Below, one piece after another: positions 1 through 13,589 of a DNA stretch of 64,000 nucleotides; position 1 is the first letter of the stretch; each line of letters begins with the position of its first letter. Source of the stretch: Vicugna vicugna. Lineage: Eukaryota. The translations under genes and the position numbers were made by a program. The notes under the pieces are model-generated. The model had not been told where the DNA came from. It was given only the letters and a program-made list of their open reading frames with translations, and ran no database searches. The stretch is taken from positions 7,270,295 to 7,334,294 of the forward strand of contig MU058636.1 of NCBI GenBank assembly GCA_013265495.1, in the 5' to 3' direction.

Positions 1-15
1 CATTTATAAAGGAGA

Positions 16-177
16 GATACACAAATGCATATATTACGGTAGATGATGCGTAAGTGCATATATTATGGTAGACGATGCATAAATGCATATATTACAGCAA
101 AAGATGCACAAGTGCATACATTATGTTAGATGATGCATAAATGCATATATTACAGTAGAAGATGCATAAATGCATGC
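16..177. repeat. 29-bp minisatellite, about 5.6 copies
   Basis: Units start at 16, 45, 74, 103, 132 and 161; consensus is close to GATGCATAAATGCATATATTACAGTAGAT. Confidence 0.9.
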
Positions 178-2476
178 TTTTATTATAGTAGACCAGCTTC
201 TCCTGAAACACCCCCTGAAATTTACAGCAATATTCTCTTTCAGGTTTGAAACACCGATAGCGGTCAACATGTGAATTGTACTTCACAGCCGACAAAGCAT
301 TTTTTCAGATATTTCTCCAAAAAGTCAATTATTCCAAGTCTGAGTTGAGTTGATTACTTTTTTCCAAAACTTTGTCGTGGATAAAGAGATTAAAGAAGCA
401 CACAACTAATGCACAACTCAGCATCGCACAGCCCATTTTACTGTCTATAAGTGTATTACCAGTTGGTACAGTTTCCATGGAAACACATTAGTGATGAACT
501 GAGAAACTGATGATAAATTAAATTGCATTCAAGATGGTCCAATCATGATATTCAGAGGGAAAAAAAACAGTGGACCTTTAATCTTCAGATACTAACTGGG
601 GAGTGGGTTTTTTTTTTTTTTGAGCTCTACTTAGATGAAGTTTTAATAAACTCACATGGATTAGGTTTCAAAATTTATCCAGGTTTGATTAAAGTAGGAT
701 TTCCCCTCCAATCCGTGTTGTCTGTCTATTGGAGAATTGCCCTGAAATTCCTGCTCTTGGTCACTAGAAGACTCCCAGAACACTGTGAACAAAGCGTACT
801 GGGCAACCAAGGCAAACTTAACCAAAGACTAATAAAAATAAAAGACCAGGAGAAACAAAAACAAACCCCAAGATGACAGAGGTGGAAAAAGCACCTCTAG
901 CAGCTGTGAGCCGTCGGCAAGAGCAGAAAAGCAGTCCTTTCCATGGACAAGCGTGCTGGCAGTCCACTCCACAAGGAAAGGGTGGGACCAAACGTTCTGG
1001 AATAGGCTTAAGTCTTAGATGAATGATGAAAACAGAGGATAGCATGTCTGATTTTGTTAAGAAACATCACGAGACTGTTACTTTCAAAAATTCCTGACTG
1101 CATGTTAGCTGATAACAAAGAACACTGACGATCTGTGAAGACATGGACTCTGTACTTCTGCACTGAATTTCCTAAGAGAGAACTAGAGAGCTGGGGGCAG
1201 GTGGGGCAAGAAGGACCACTTGCAGTGTTAAATCCCCAGCAGCCCGGAGGGGGCTTGGGGAAGAGAGTGCATTCTTTTTAGTGCTGTCAGGGTCCTCAGG
1301 AGCCGGTTACTCAGACTCACGTAACTCCCTGCTGACAGGGTTCAACTCCAAAACAAGAAATGCAAACAGTACGAGAGCGTGCATGCATGCATTTGTGCCA
1401 CCTGCACATTCTGGCAGCGCCTATCGAATATTCAGTAACCCAGATCTTGGATTGGTTGTACTGTATTTTGGTTGTCACTTATTTATCTTTAGCTTTATGT
1501 GGAGTTCTAGCACAACCGAGAAAGAAAAAGAGGAAGAAAAGCAAAACACCCGTAGAAACAGATAAATATTCAGTATTGCTGACGAGCACGACATCTGTTT
1601 AGTAGCATAAATATTTCTCAAAATTCGACAGTGTAGTGTCTAAGTTCTCGGTTTAAAGAAGAAAAACAGCTCCAGTGATTTCACATTGACTATGTTAAAA
1701 TGTTCATACTCTGATAAAAGGAGGAAATTATTAAAAACTCAAGTAATCTGGGACCTGAATATATTTACTCTAGAATATGACACCAGGAAGTATGAGGTTT
1801 CATTATTTCTCTGCCCAATTTAATCTTTGCCTAGAGCTGCTATCAAATTGCATGTAGAACATGTCTGCATGTATGAAACAGGGAAAAAAAAAAAGCCTTG
1901 TGCACCCGCATCAACAAAATGTTCCAAGACTCTCCGCTTTAAAAACACAAATTGCTAAGGAGCAAGAAATCGTGATTTCTCTGCATGCTCACAACAATTC
2001 AGCTTCACGAAAAATCTTTCTGGGCAAGCTTCCTGCCACGTCGTGGCTTTCGTCTGAGTCTCGTACAAAGATCGACAGTGTTCCACTCTCTCTCTGCCAT
2101 GTCCTCTCTCTCGACTTCCCTGCCCTCCCAGGTCCTGGCAAAACGACAGTCTGAACTCTTTTTGCTCAGAGCCCAGAAGTTTGCGTTGGCGGAGTCCGGT
2201 GTGGGGGAGGCCTTCTGCTTTCAAAAGTAAATCATGAAATTCCTGTATCCTGCAAGACCCCCTGGAGGTGCTGGATAACGATGTGACTCCCAGCGAAACG
2301 ATCAGCAAAAACGCATCTCGTGCGTAAACCCCCGACCTCCCCGCCGTGCTCTCAGTGGCCGAGCTGCCTAGAGAAATGACCCATTCTGCTGTCTCTGGGT
2401 AGGATCTCCTGCGCAATGCCTGTCTCTGAGGTGGGCTGCTTTTAGAAAGTTATAGGTGAGTATTTCAGATGCTTAC

Positions 2477-2590
2477 TGCTATGACAGAGACGCCAGCTGC
2501 CGTGCTGTTCGGCTTGGGGCCTGTGTTGAAATGCTTCTTTATCTTTCCTGCTACTGACAGCTGATGTTCATTTTCTGGGAGACCATCATC
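2477..2590 (-). CDS. DCLK1: DCLK1 exon 18 (114 nt): [38 protein letters not shown], start of the C-terminal regulatory tail
   Basis: Hand translation. T-rich tract and CCAG| acceptor, GCA|GTAAGC donor. The gene continues off the left edge. Confidence 0.96.
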
Positions 2591-3145
2591 CTGGAGGAAA
2601 AAAAAAAAGAAATAAAATAGGAGAAAAGGACCAAAAAAAAATGATATAAATGGAAAATGAGGCCAAGATATTCCAGGAAAAGGCAGTGATCTTAAAATTC
2701 AGAACATTTCAGGAAGAAACTGACCAACATCTTCTCATTAAACGTTGTTGTTGGAAGTCCTGCTCCAAGGGCGCCTTCATTTCCCCTTGTGCTCTAAAAC
2801 TAATTTGTGGTGTCATCTCAACCTCAGAGTTTTGTCCCTAAATAAAATATGTTTTTTAAATATCTAATAAAATTGATTTCAGCTCTAGAGACATATGTCA
2901 AAGAGCAAGTTAATCTGGACAACTACCCCCCCTCCAAAATCAATATAAACATTTTTTTTTCCCTAACCCAAGTGTTTTATCCTCTTAAGCCCATCATTCA
3001 GATCCAAAGCCAAGGAAACTGACAGATCTGGGCTCACGTAGGAGCCGGTAAATAAACTCGGGCTGGCTCTACAGCTACTCAATCTGTCACTCTATAATCC
3101 CAGACAAGCTTCCACATAGAAAGTTCTCCCTTAAGCTTCTTGTTT

Positions 3146-3212
3146 TGGGAATTGAACCCAAGACCTCATGCACGCTAAGCATGCACACCACCACTGAGCT
3201 ATTACCCTCCCC
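3146..3212 (-). mobile_element. tRNA-derived SINE head (Vic-1-like)
   Basis: gggaattgaacccaagacctcatgcacgctaagcatgcacaccaccactgagct...ccctcccc, similar to the 53351 copy. Confidence 0.8.
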
Positions 3213-3429
3213 TCTTCCCTTAAATTTAAGTCTTCCTTGTGGCCTTCAAATCATCTCTTTTTATGACATACTTGGCATTGCAGCTCATTTTCATTAAGGC
3301 ATCTGTTCTCCACTGGAGCCATCTATGATGGAGGCTGGAGGAGATTTCCCTCCTTCGCTAAATACTGTTAGAATAACCATAACCAGAGTCCAAAGCAGGT
3401 GCCACCACTTACTAGTGTGCAATGAAGAG

Positions 3430-3540
3430 ACTGAGCGATCCTTGAAGACAGACTGTCCGCTATAGAACCCCCACGTCTTAGCATGTACCTTGGCACACAG
3501 TAGATGCTTAATAAATATTTGTGGGATGAATGGATAATCA
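3430..3540. mobile_element. L2 3' end fragment
   Basis: tggcacacagtagatgcttaataaatatttgtgggatgaatggat. Confidence 0.65.
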
Positions 3541-5379
3541 AGTGTTTGTTACTGTCTGTTTAACCCAAAATTCCTGACAAGATTTCAATGCCATCTGTCA
3601 TTTTCCTTCTCTCCTTCCTCCCCATCATTTTGCACGGAATTTCTTGGCTCCCCCCCAGGAAAACAGAGGTGCTGCTTTCCAAGTGCCGCATGCTGGCTCT
3701 TTTACATAACCTGGTCTCTCCACCTGGGATTCACTCCTTTTTTCAGTCTCGGGCTACTCATTTCTGCAGCCTATATTAACTGCACATCTGCCGTGGCCTA
3801 GGCACTACAGTAAGTGACGAGGAAGTAACAGTGACCAAAAACAGGCACGGGCTTCCCTCTTCTGACCCCTGTGGTCTCTCTTTTTCTTCATAGCTTGGGT
3901 CCAAATCACCTGTTCCCATTTTCCTGCTATTAAGCATAATCTGTTATAATGGTTCCTTTATAAACTCCTAATGCTTTTTCGTTATATATTTTTGCACTAT
4001 TTATATTCTTTTTGGTGTTGGATGATTTTGCATATATGTTATATATATAAATGTATATATGCGTATACATCTCAACTCCTGCCCTTTTGTACCACATCTC
4101 CCACGTGTCTGCAATCTTTAATATAAACACTTGGTTCAGTGCCCTGCGCACAGTGGATGCTCAGTTGACGATATTCTTGGGCTGGTTTATTAATGGCTAG
4201 AAGAAGGAACAATTACTATGCCACTAACTCACATCTGAAACCAAATCTAGAGGATGGAGGCTTTCCAATGATGCAGAGTGAACTGAAAATTTTCTTTTAA
4301 ATTCTGTATTGAGAGAAATAAAATGAAGGTCTGTTAGGGTAACATGGGATGATACCTGGGGAGAGAATGGAAACAGCGTTGTCTGAAGTGCCCACTACGT
4401 GCAGGACTACGTCGGGGAGGGCAGAGTGGGGAGAGGAAATGATCGCTGTCCACCAGACCCTTGCAGGCTAACTGGCGGACAAGGTAGGCACACACCAGGT
4501 CAAATGACAAAACAGGCCAAGAAGGTAAGAAAGAGCCATCGCCAGGCAGTGGGCTGCGTGGCTCAGCTAGAAACACCGAAGGAGTTCAGAAGAGAGGACA
4601 TATTTTCAGTGAGTGTGGACGTCACGAGGGATAAGGGATTCCACCTGGTCCTCCTGGATGGGAACAGACGGACAGGTAGAGAGGAGGACAGGCGATGTTT
4701 CAGTGCATGGATGTGTGCCAGTGGGAAGCCACGAGGCATGTTTGCCAACAATGGGTCAACTACTGGGAGAGCGATGGAAGAAAAAGCTGGAAAACAGGGA
4801 AAGACAGGCCACAGTGGAGTCCCCCGAAGATCTGGAGATTGAAGCCTTACTCTGTTAGGAATAAAGCAATGCTTTCTAATAAGAGGGTGTAAGTGCAGGA
4901 AGTGTAGGGGACCACTCTCCTCCCTTCATCCAGGTCCCAACGATACAAGCGGAAGAGAAGTGTGATGAGAATCAGAGAATTAGGGTTAGACAGGCTAGAG
5001 TTTTCAACACAAGGGCGAATTCAGTGGTGTGTGCACGACTTGTGAATGAAACAGCAGCCCTTGGAATCTATGCTAGAACCTGGGGAGGATTTAAACACTG
5101 GGCAAGGGATGGAATGATGTGGCTTTAATGAAGGTATCACAATTTGGGGTTCTGCTGGAAGGAAAGGGGGCAGCCTGATACAGTGGTGCCCCACTGGGCC
5201 TCACGCCCCAAAGTACACATGCACTTCTAGTCATCTCTTAATAGAGTTCTGTTATTAAGGCTACCTAAGGCAAAAAGATCTGTATGAGCTTCAGGTTATA
5301 AAATAGGAGAGAAAGGGTGAGGACGGGAGCAAAGCTGAAAGAGAAAGGTGGGAAGGGAGGAAGGTGCCCAAGATTTAAC

Positions 5380-5560
5380 CATTATGCGGCCTGGTGCTAA
5401 TGTCCTACATCTTCTTCATCCTCAGATCATCTTCTACAATATGCGTTGTTAGTCCCATTCTGAACATGAGCGAACTGAGGTTCTACAAAGTTACATAATT
5501 TGCTCTAGGTCACAGGGCTAGAAGGTGGCTGAGTCAGGCCTGCACCAGGTTGGAACTCTG
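5380..5560 (-). mobile_element. MIR SINE
   Basis: cccattctgaacatgagcgaactgaggttc...aatttgctctaggtcacagggctag matches the MIR core. Confidence 0.65.
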
Positions 5561-6494
5561 TGGTCCGCCCACCACACCACGTTGCACTGTCAAGGGCACT
5601 GAAGGGCACTGAGGGCAGGGCGTTGGCTACAAAAAGAGGTCCAGGAGTGCTCAGTGTAATGACTCAGGGAGTTATCTTTTCCATGATGAAAGGAACACAA
5701 TGGTCAGGAGGAAGGAGGACTGAACTAGGGGCTGAAAAAAACCAAGAGACTATTTGGACAAGCCCTGATGGAGCCAAGGAAGCATTTGGATGGAGGTCAT
5801 TCAAAGGGATGCTGAGCACCTCCTAGGGTCCAGAGGGATGTAGTGAGAAATTAGAAGCTTCTATGCCCCGGAAAGACTGGGCAGCCACTCATCTGGGATG
5901 TCAGAATGTGCCATGTTAGGGCCAGGACTCTCGCATCCTGCGTGGAGCAGCAGGCAGTGCTGGACGGCTGGGCTGATCCTGGGTGCCGCCGGGAAGGCGC
6001 TCTGGGTTGTGGGGTGGGCTCTGATTGGTGGGTCCAGATGCAGAGAAAACAAATAGGGATTCCATACGGGCGGCCTCTCCTTCACTTCCTGAGGGAGATT
6101 CATCCCCTGCTGCCCAATCGCTTCTCTTTCTCACTTCCCCACAACTGCCATTTTGGCCAGAAATTTCCCTTCACCTGGCTTTTTTCTGCCTGCCAGTTTT
6201 CCAGCTTCTCACCACCCTCACAATGGACTCTGTTACCATTTCCCAGCTCTGTCCTGGTCCTAATCTCCTGTCAAGACTCCTAGCAACTCTTTCAAACGTT
6301 GGGGCCTGGGGGTTCAGGCCTACAGCTTTAAATTCGAGTGAAGGTTTCAGCTTCCCTTGGGTTATTAGTTCACGCTGAAGCAATGAAAGTAGTGAAACAA
6401 GTTGTCAGAGAGGCTTCTGACTTCATAAATCTTAAAACATTTCAGGATTTTTTTTCCCCCAATGAAATAGGGTGTCTCAGCTAGAGAAGGTAAA

Positions 6495-6536
6495 ACACAC
6501 GCACACCCGAGTGCGCGCACACACACACACACACAC
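6495..6536. repeat. Interrupted (CA)n/(CG) repeat
   Basis: acacacgcacacccgagtgcgcgcacacacacacacacacac. Confidence 0.85.
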
Positions 6537-7939
6537 CAGCAACTAAAATGTCTGCAGAATCTCTCTATCAGTTTTGAAGGCTCTGAGCATAATTGGATTA
6601 AAAGACATGGCTTTACAGAGACCTAATCTGTACCTAAGGCCTACAGAATGGCGGTGGAGATTTAGCTAACTTACTGTCTTGCATCAATAAAATAAATAGG
6701 GCCATGAAAAACACACATTTTTATATATACATCTTCATCGCCATTATTCTGAATAGACTATGTGCCAAAAATGTGCTATGAATTTTCTAAACGTGAAAAA
6801 TCTGGCAGAACGTTACACACAGTTACAGTATTATTACCATACGTTCTGGTATGTAGGCTCTGGGAGTAGTTTCTGAAGTCTGACACGGGCTGGTTGTAGT
6901 TTGAGGTTCGTGGGTTTTGATTTAGAAATTCCCATCCACCACTTGGCAGAGTATTGCAACCGACAAGAACAAAATTAGTTTGCAAAATGGAAAATGAACT
7001 CTCCCAGCTGTCTGTAGGAGACTCAGCCTCCTGGTCTCCATTCCTCTAGCGGATATCGGGGAGGAGCTGCGGGGAGGGGTATGAAGCTGGGACGTGAGGT
7101 CACTCAGTAGAGTGAATTCCTCTCTTTCCTTGGGGAAACCACTCCAGGGGTCATGCTTTTAGAAAATCCTCCTTCCTTCATGGAGTTTTGTTTTTGAATC
7201 ATGGATCTGGATTTCAGTCTATGCATTACCAGACTCTAGTGTTAATACTATCTGTAAATTTATGAGAAGCATGGCAGCCTTGAGCAGTTCCCTACCAGAA
7301 TATTCTGATTTCGTTTAAAACGATTTGAACAATCCCAAGAACATTAGAAGGCTCTTCACCAGCAGTTCCATCCCACAACCCAGTGCGCGGCCCCTCGCCT
7401 CCAGTTAACCATCCCCAGCTGTACGACATCCCAGGATTTCTGACTCCCTTAGCTTGGCCCTGTGTATCCCCCACGCCTACAATTCACACTGCACTCGGGG
7501 AGAACATGTGAAGCAAATTAACGTCTCCCTTGGAGAATGGACAGGATAAGATGCCCAAACGGAGAGTGGAATTCCACGTCATCATTTACAATTTACGAAC
7601 CCAGATAAGTAGTTTCATTTATCATTACAGTAGCATTGCGGGGTGCTCTTAATTGCTCACAACTATTAGACGGATGCTTATATATTTTTGTATGGGTAGC
7701 ACTGATTTTTAAGAGCATGGAATAAAAAATATTATCCAGGCTCTTGCTTTTCCTTCTTCATCTTGTTCTTTTTTTTCCTTTTTGAGTATCTTGGCTTAGT
7801 AGTATCTTTTCGAAAGAGTGGGTAAGTGAGAAAAAGGAAGTAAAATCGAATTTAAAGGCCAAGAAGGTGACAGGTAGTCGTGAATCGACTAAACACCTAC
7901 ACTTGACTTATTTAAACCCATCCTTTCCGCTAGGACAGA

Positions 7940-8180
7940 GGATCTCAGTCTTGGCCTCACATTATAATCACTGAGGAGCTTCTGATGCCAATGCAGATCA
8001 GTATCAGAATCGGGGGGGGGGGGCGGACCTAGGCGTTAGAGACTTTTCTGAGCCTCAGTTTCCTCATCAGGAAAATAATTAAAGGTAAAACACAGATCCA
8101 TAGAATTACAGCAATGAGACGGAACTTTATCCTACGGTATGAGGGAAATAACATGGGATAAGGTAGGTCAACACTTTGAA
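7940..8180 (+). mobile_element. MER5-like fragment followed by a MIR
   Basis: cacattataatcactgaggagct...atcagaatc, then ctgagcctcagtttcctcatc. Confidence 0.5.
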
Positions 8181-8749
8181 AATAAAATCCAGCAATAGTA
8201 ATATATTGGAGATACTGACAATTTAATCCTAATTACGAAAAAGAAAAAATTTTGGAAATGTCATTTAGGCCTCTGAACTTAATCACTAACCTATGTTTTC
8301 TACCAACAAGGTGTCCAGTTGGGAAGACAGTGACAACCTTCTCCATAACCCCTGGAATGATCCAGACATATTATGGTCTGTTCCATTCTTATAGATTATG
8401 TGCCTGAATCATATGGTTCCCCACTAGATGAGAAATAGGGTAAATAAACTTGGCTAGGGCAATTCCTGTCGGTATTTTCTAGCTGCATTAAAGGAAATAG
8501 CTGCTATGTTGGAGACCACCACAAGCTGACCACATTATCTACATGGAGTCTGGAGCACACAAACAGGGTCATTTTTTTGGATGAAGGGGTTTCCGCCTTA
8601 ATCAAGTATCAATTTGTACTTTATCAGCACGTAGCAACGGATGATAGAGCCTTGCTCAGACTCACACTGGCCAAATATTTATCAAGTACTTGTGGAGTTT
8701 CAGCAATTAAGATTCTCTCACTCACACTCCTCAAATATAAAATCCTCTC

Positions 8750-8860
8750 GCCATCCTCATAACCTGAGAGGCTGATTCTACTGTGTCCATTTCACAGACA
8801 GGTTCAATGAGGTGAAGTGATTGTCTCGAGGTGACACAGGCAGGTGAGCTGGTGCTGCTT
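8750..8860 (-). mobile_element. MIR SINE
   Basis: tccatttcacagac...gaggtgaagtgattgtctcgaggtgacacag. Confidence 0.55.
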
Positions 8861-10122
8861 CCGGGAGTCTCCATCCCTCTCCGCACACCTGGCTGCACAC
8901 TGATGCAGCCTATGTCTACCTGGCTCATTGGGAGCATCCAATGAGAGGCCTCGCTCGTGGCTCTTCCAGTAACAGAGCAGAGGTCCAAGACACCACGGAG
9001 GATGGTGGGATTTGCACCCAGAATATATTAAAAAAAAAAAAAGGAAAGAAATGGGAGCGTAGAGGAAACACCTGGAGGAAGGTTAAAACAAGTGACTTTG
9101 CTGACTAGATTTTTCGATTCTGCTGCCCTCACGCTCTGCCCTCTGTTTCATAAGAGACTGCCTTTTCAATTCCAAGTGCACCAAGAGAAAAGGGCACCGT
9201 ATAAGCAATAGAGAAAATTAGGACAAATGGGAGTGCGAGAAGGGCTCTCTGACGACTTCCTTAGGGCTCATGCAAATATTATTAGTTTTTCACCCCTTAG
9301 GTAGTGTCCTCTGCAGTGATCAGCTATAATTTGATCTCCAAATGCAAAATGTCTTGTTAACTGGGCTTCCTTTTAAATTCCTAATTTATTGGCTTTGATT
9401 GCTTGGTTGTTCATTTGTTGCACTCGGAGACCTCGACAAATACTAAATGCCGGCTGGGAAAGCTTAGAGACATTTTTTTTTCATTTATTAGAGACAAAGA
9501 AAATAAAAAGTTTTCTGATTTAGTTACTACATAATTTCAAAAGTTAAACAATCACTTTTATATGTTAAGTTTTTTAAAGTTTTTTTTTTTTTTTGCTAAA
9601 ATCAGTGTCTTTTTTTTCCCTTAGAATCTAAGGTATGTTAGAGTTATATTAAAGGGTATTTAAAATTTTTAAATCTCTTAGATAATGCCCTAAACGTTAT
9701 CCTTGCTTTTAGGAAACATTTTTAGGGACTCTCAGGGGAAAAACTAAAATGACAGCAGAAGTCCAAGGCCCAGAGGGAGCCTCGGCTAAGTGAGACCATG
9801 TGTTAACAAGTGTACAAAGCTGGTTGAGAAGGAAGAACGTTACCATTGAGACATGTATACGCTGCCCTAAGAAAACGAACAGCCTAGTTATTCAAAGGGA
9901 ACAGCCAGAAGTCTTCCTAACTTTGTTTCTCTGTCCGACTGAGCTGGGCGTTACCTTCCATCAAGTATCCATGCCCTGCCTGAGCTGCTGCTGCACATGT
10001 CAATAGGGGTTACGACAGTCCCCGGTTATAGTTCTGTTACTACATAGACACAATCAGTTCATGTACGTGAGGCGGTTACAGCAGTCCGGGGCGGACACTG
10101 TAAGTTAACCACTCTGTAAGTA

Positions 10123-10124
<2 letters not shown>

Positions 10125-10184
<60 letters not shown>
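10125..10184. repeat. (TTA)20 microsatellite
   Basis: Perfect trinucleotide run. Confidence 0.95.
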
Positions 10185-10185
<1 letters not shown>

Positions 10186-10840
10186 AAACAAACCTTATCA
10201 GCTATAGAGACATAGATGTAGGGTCAAAAATAATGACCTCTCAGGAGAATTCTTTCATGGCTAAAGAAATGTCCTTGGAGCCTTGCACTCCGACAGCAGC
10301 AGCAGCGTCTGGGAGCGTTCAGAAACGCAGCCCCTCACGTCTGCTGCGTTACCGACCTGCATTTGAGTAAGATCCCCAGGCGACGCGTGAGCTGTTCAGG
10401 TTTGAGAAGTGCTGCACGGGGGAACTCCCAGGCTTATTCAGAGGCCCCTGGACCTGTATGCTTGGTAGAAATGGTGCAAAAGCAGCATGGACTCAGAAAA
10501 CTTACTCTGTCTCATTGATGTATTTGGCCCTAACCTGGACCACGGAATGGAGGTTGTGGGGGTAGGGGGTGGTGACCATGTGCACCTCCCCAGTAGGAGG
10601 CAGTCCCATTGGAATCAAATGAAATGCTTTGTGCAAGGGACCATGAGAACACATGTCAGCACAGATACATCAGAGGCTCCCGCGGAATGAGTCTGAAATC
10701 CCAGAACTGTTCTGGCATGTTTGAGGGGGAGGAACAGACATAAGCACAACACTTTAAAAAGGAGGGGACATCATTAAGAAAGCTGCAGTTTTAACAAGGA
10801 ATGTTGGGAGTAAACACCAGGAAGGGAGGAAGTCACTTAC

Positions 10841-10921
10841 ATTAACCCAGGGATGTTCAAGGACCTGCACAGCTGAAAATCGCTGATCAACATCCACCAA
10901 CAGCATCATGGTAATGAGCTC
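10841..10921 (-). CDS. DCLK1: DCLK1 exon 17 (81 nt): [27 protein letters not shown]
   Basis: Peptide in ORF 10754..10960. CACAG| acceptor and AAT|GTAAGT donor. Confidence 0.97.
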
Positions 10922-12623
10922 CTGTGAAAGGAAACATGCGATGCCATTTGCGTCTAACATTTAAGGTAAAAATCAGGGTGTTTTCAGGCACAGAAGCTCT
11001 CTTAGTTTGGAAAAGCATTTGCCAAAGCTCTAAATCTTAACTGTATCAACTCAGCTTACCTATAGCTACCTAACACCTTTTAAAGGAAAGGTGAATATTT
11101 GGAATTATAAATATATAGCTTGTCATTGAAAGAAAAAATAAAAAATCAAATTAATAAAATCAAATTAATAAAAATATTTTAATAGAAAATAAAGTACACA
11201 GTTAAAGAATTAATATTCCTTTCTTTGTCTAGAATTTTGCACTTTACAGATTTCTGAATTACTTTAATATAGAAATCACATTTTAAAAACACTTTAAGTT
11301 TTCACTTTAGCATCTGAAAGCAGAAATGAATTTTTTTTTCCCTTCTAACTGCAAGATTTGAAAGAAAGGAACGAAGAAAGACATATAGAATTGTCAACAG
11401 CTAGTTGGTAATAGAAATAATTCTTTAGTAGCCAAAAAGTTCAAAGGAAATCTGTTAAAAATGCATTCAAAAATGTCCAGCTCAATCAATAAAAATAAAA
11501 TAGCATCATTAAGCAGCAAATGATTTAATGATTCTGAAATTAATGAAACTTCTCTATAAGCTCAAATTTATTTGCACCAGGAAAGCACAGCTTGAGTTTT
11601 AATGATGAGTGTGTCATACATTTGTCTACTTTGAATTAGAAGTTTCCATGTAAGAAAAGGGTTAGATATGTGTTACCTGCCCCCTTCCATGCACAGGCTC
11701 TGAGTACCGCTCCGTGATAGTAATGATTGGTTTCCAATGATGCAGAGATTCTACCTCCACTTTCTCAGTTGGTCCAGGATTTAATTAAAGCAACTGTCAT
11801 GTGTGATGCCCTCTGCAGGGTGCCATGGGGGTGAAGGAACAGTCCTATCTGTTACTGACTTGGAGCTCTCCCATTATGCAGTGATAGCGCTGAGATCTGG
11901 ACAGAGTCCTGAAGAGCCTGGTGAGAACCCCACCCCTGCAGCTGTGTCACCCTCTCCTTTCACCTGTGTGGCTTTTCTTGGCTACTTCTCTCAATTTCCC
12001 ACATTCTCCTATGTCCAGAGGTTGATTCCTGGACAGTTGGAAAAAATGAGAGATTTGGTCCCAATAGGCATCATTTTCTATGGAAAGTGGCCAGGCCTAA
12101 GGAGTCAGCTTTTAAATTGAACCCATACTCAGGACATTGCGAGTTAGACAGTGTACCAGATGGATGTAAGAGTGTATGTGTTATGGAGAAAAATAAAGCA
12201 AAGGGTGATAAGTGAGCTAGGTAGGGTTACGAGCTGCAGTTGGAGGGAGACACGGTGGTCTGGGAAAGCTTCACTGTGAAGAGGACGTTAAGTCAAGACC
12301 TGAAAGAGGTGAAACAGTCAGCTATATAGAAAGCGGGGGTGGGCTCAAGCCTGGTGTGGGCAGGGCACAGCAAGAGGCTTCAGCAGGGGAGCTGGAGTGG
12401 CAACAGGGAGGGATGGAACCAGGGGACACAGACACTTGATAAGTTTGGACGGCTATGAACAGACGATGACTGTGACCTCTAGGAAAATCTAGTAATTAGG
12501 ACTAAAATGCAAGCAGAAATCATATTTAAGATACCATTCATTTCTCTCCACACAATGATTCGCAATCAATAATTCCATTAAGAGACACAGACTATGAGGA
12601 AGAGGAAGGCACTGGAAACCTAC

Positions 12624-12720
12624 CTTTGCAGAATCGGAAACATTATCCCAGTAAGGAGAAGGGAAGTCCACTTGCCCCATCAAAATCTGATCAAAGAGCA
12701 CCTCCTGGTCATCGCCGCTT
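12624..12720 (-). CDS. DCLK1: DCLK1 exon 16 (97 nt): [32 protein letters not shown]
   Basis: Peptide in ORF 12489..12764. AACAG| acceptor and AAG|GTAGGT donor. Confidence 0.97.
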
Positions 12721-13083
12721 CTGTTGAGATGAAGGACCACAACAAGGAATAAACAGCACGGCACGGAAATGTCAGCTCGGGGTGTGTCTTTTCATTCTTA
12801 TGCATCGGAGCCCTTCCTTTCCCCATAAATGTGTAAAATGTGTTTTTAAGCAATTCAAAATGTCAGCATGGAACTGTTTTGGCAAATTAAGAAAAAAATG
12901 AGTTTTTAAATTATATGGGGAAGATTTATGGAAGGCATGTGAATAAGCATGCACAACATGGAAAAAATCACAGGCACTGCAAGTAAAGTTCTATTATGAT
13001 CTTTTTCTGCTGTAGGCTCCTTTGGGCAAGCAGGCCGAATGGATCACTCAGAGGATGGAGAAATGTTTTGTTGCCGCCCGTAC

Positions 13084-13161
13084 CCACGGAACGGAGGGAA
13101 GCCACACAGCAGGATGTAAGTGATTACGCCAGCTGCCCAGATGTCCACCTTGAGGCCATAT
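13084..13161 (-). CDS. DCLK1: DCLK1 exon 15 (78 nt): [25 protein letters not shown](G)
   Basis: Peptide in ORF 13044..13295. TTTTTCAG| acceptor and GG|GTACGG donor. Confidence 0.97.
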
Positions 13162-13338
13162 CTGAAAAAGTAAGTGATGTCAGAGTTAGCAAAGTCAGGC
13201 CAGGACAAATGATGGGGCGTGGTAAAACAGACGACTCTTCTAGCATAAACCAAAACCCCAACCAAAAAAATTAAAAAAAAAAAACAACACAACAAACACT
13301 AAACTACAACCCACTGGCTAAACAGAATTCAAGGAAAT

Positions 13339-13345
<7 letters not shown>

Positions 13346-13380
<35 letters not shown>
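13346..13380. repeat. (AAT)n microsatellite, about 11 units
   Basis: Perfect trinucleotide run. Confidence 0.95.
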
Positions 13381-13381
<1 letters not shown>

Positions 13382-13589
13382 CCAAGGCACATAATTAAAA
13401 ATCAAAGCAATGTACAGGCTTATATCCAAGTATCAGTAAGTGAACGGTTTCAGCACAAATGTTTATTATAGTCGTATCAATTTTAGGATAGAGATGAACC
13501 CTTGAGGCTATTTAACTCCCTAATTTTAGAAATAATACAATTGCATATAAGATATTTCCTGATGTACCAAGCACTGACATACATTATCT

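Noticed and set aside
16..177. CRISPR-like array
   Set aside because: The repeats are contiguous with no unique spacers, and the context is a mammalian intron.
10535..10545. ctggaccacgg, resembling the start of DCLK1 exon 19 (LDHG)
   Set aside because: Wrong strand and wrong position, and the similarity does not extend. I found no exon 19 in 1-2476, so it presumably lies outside the window.
11142..11169. 14-bp tandem duplication aaaatcaaattaat
   Set aside because: Ordinary slippage duplication in AT-rich intron with no sign of function.
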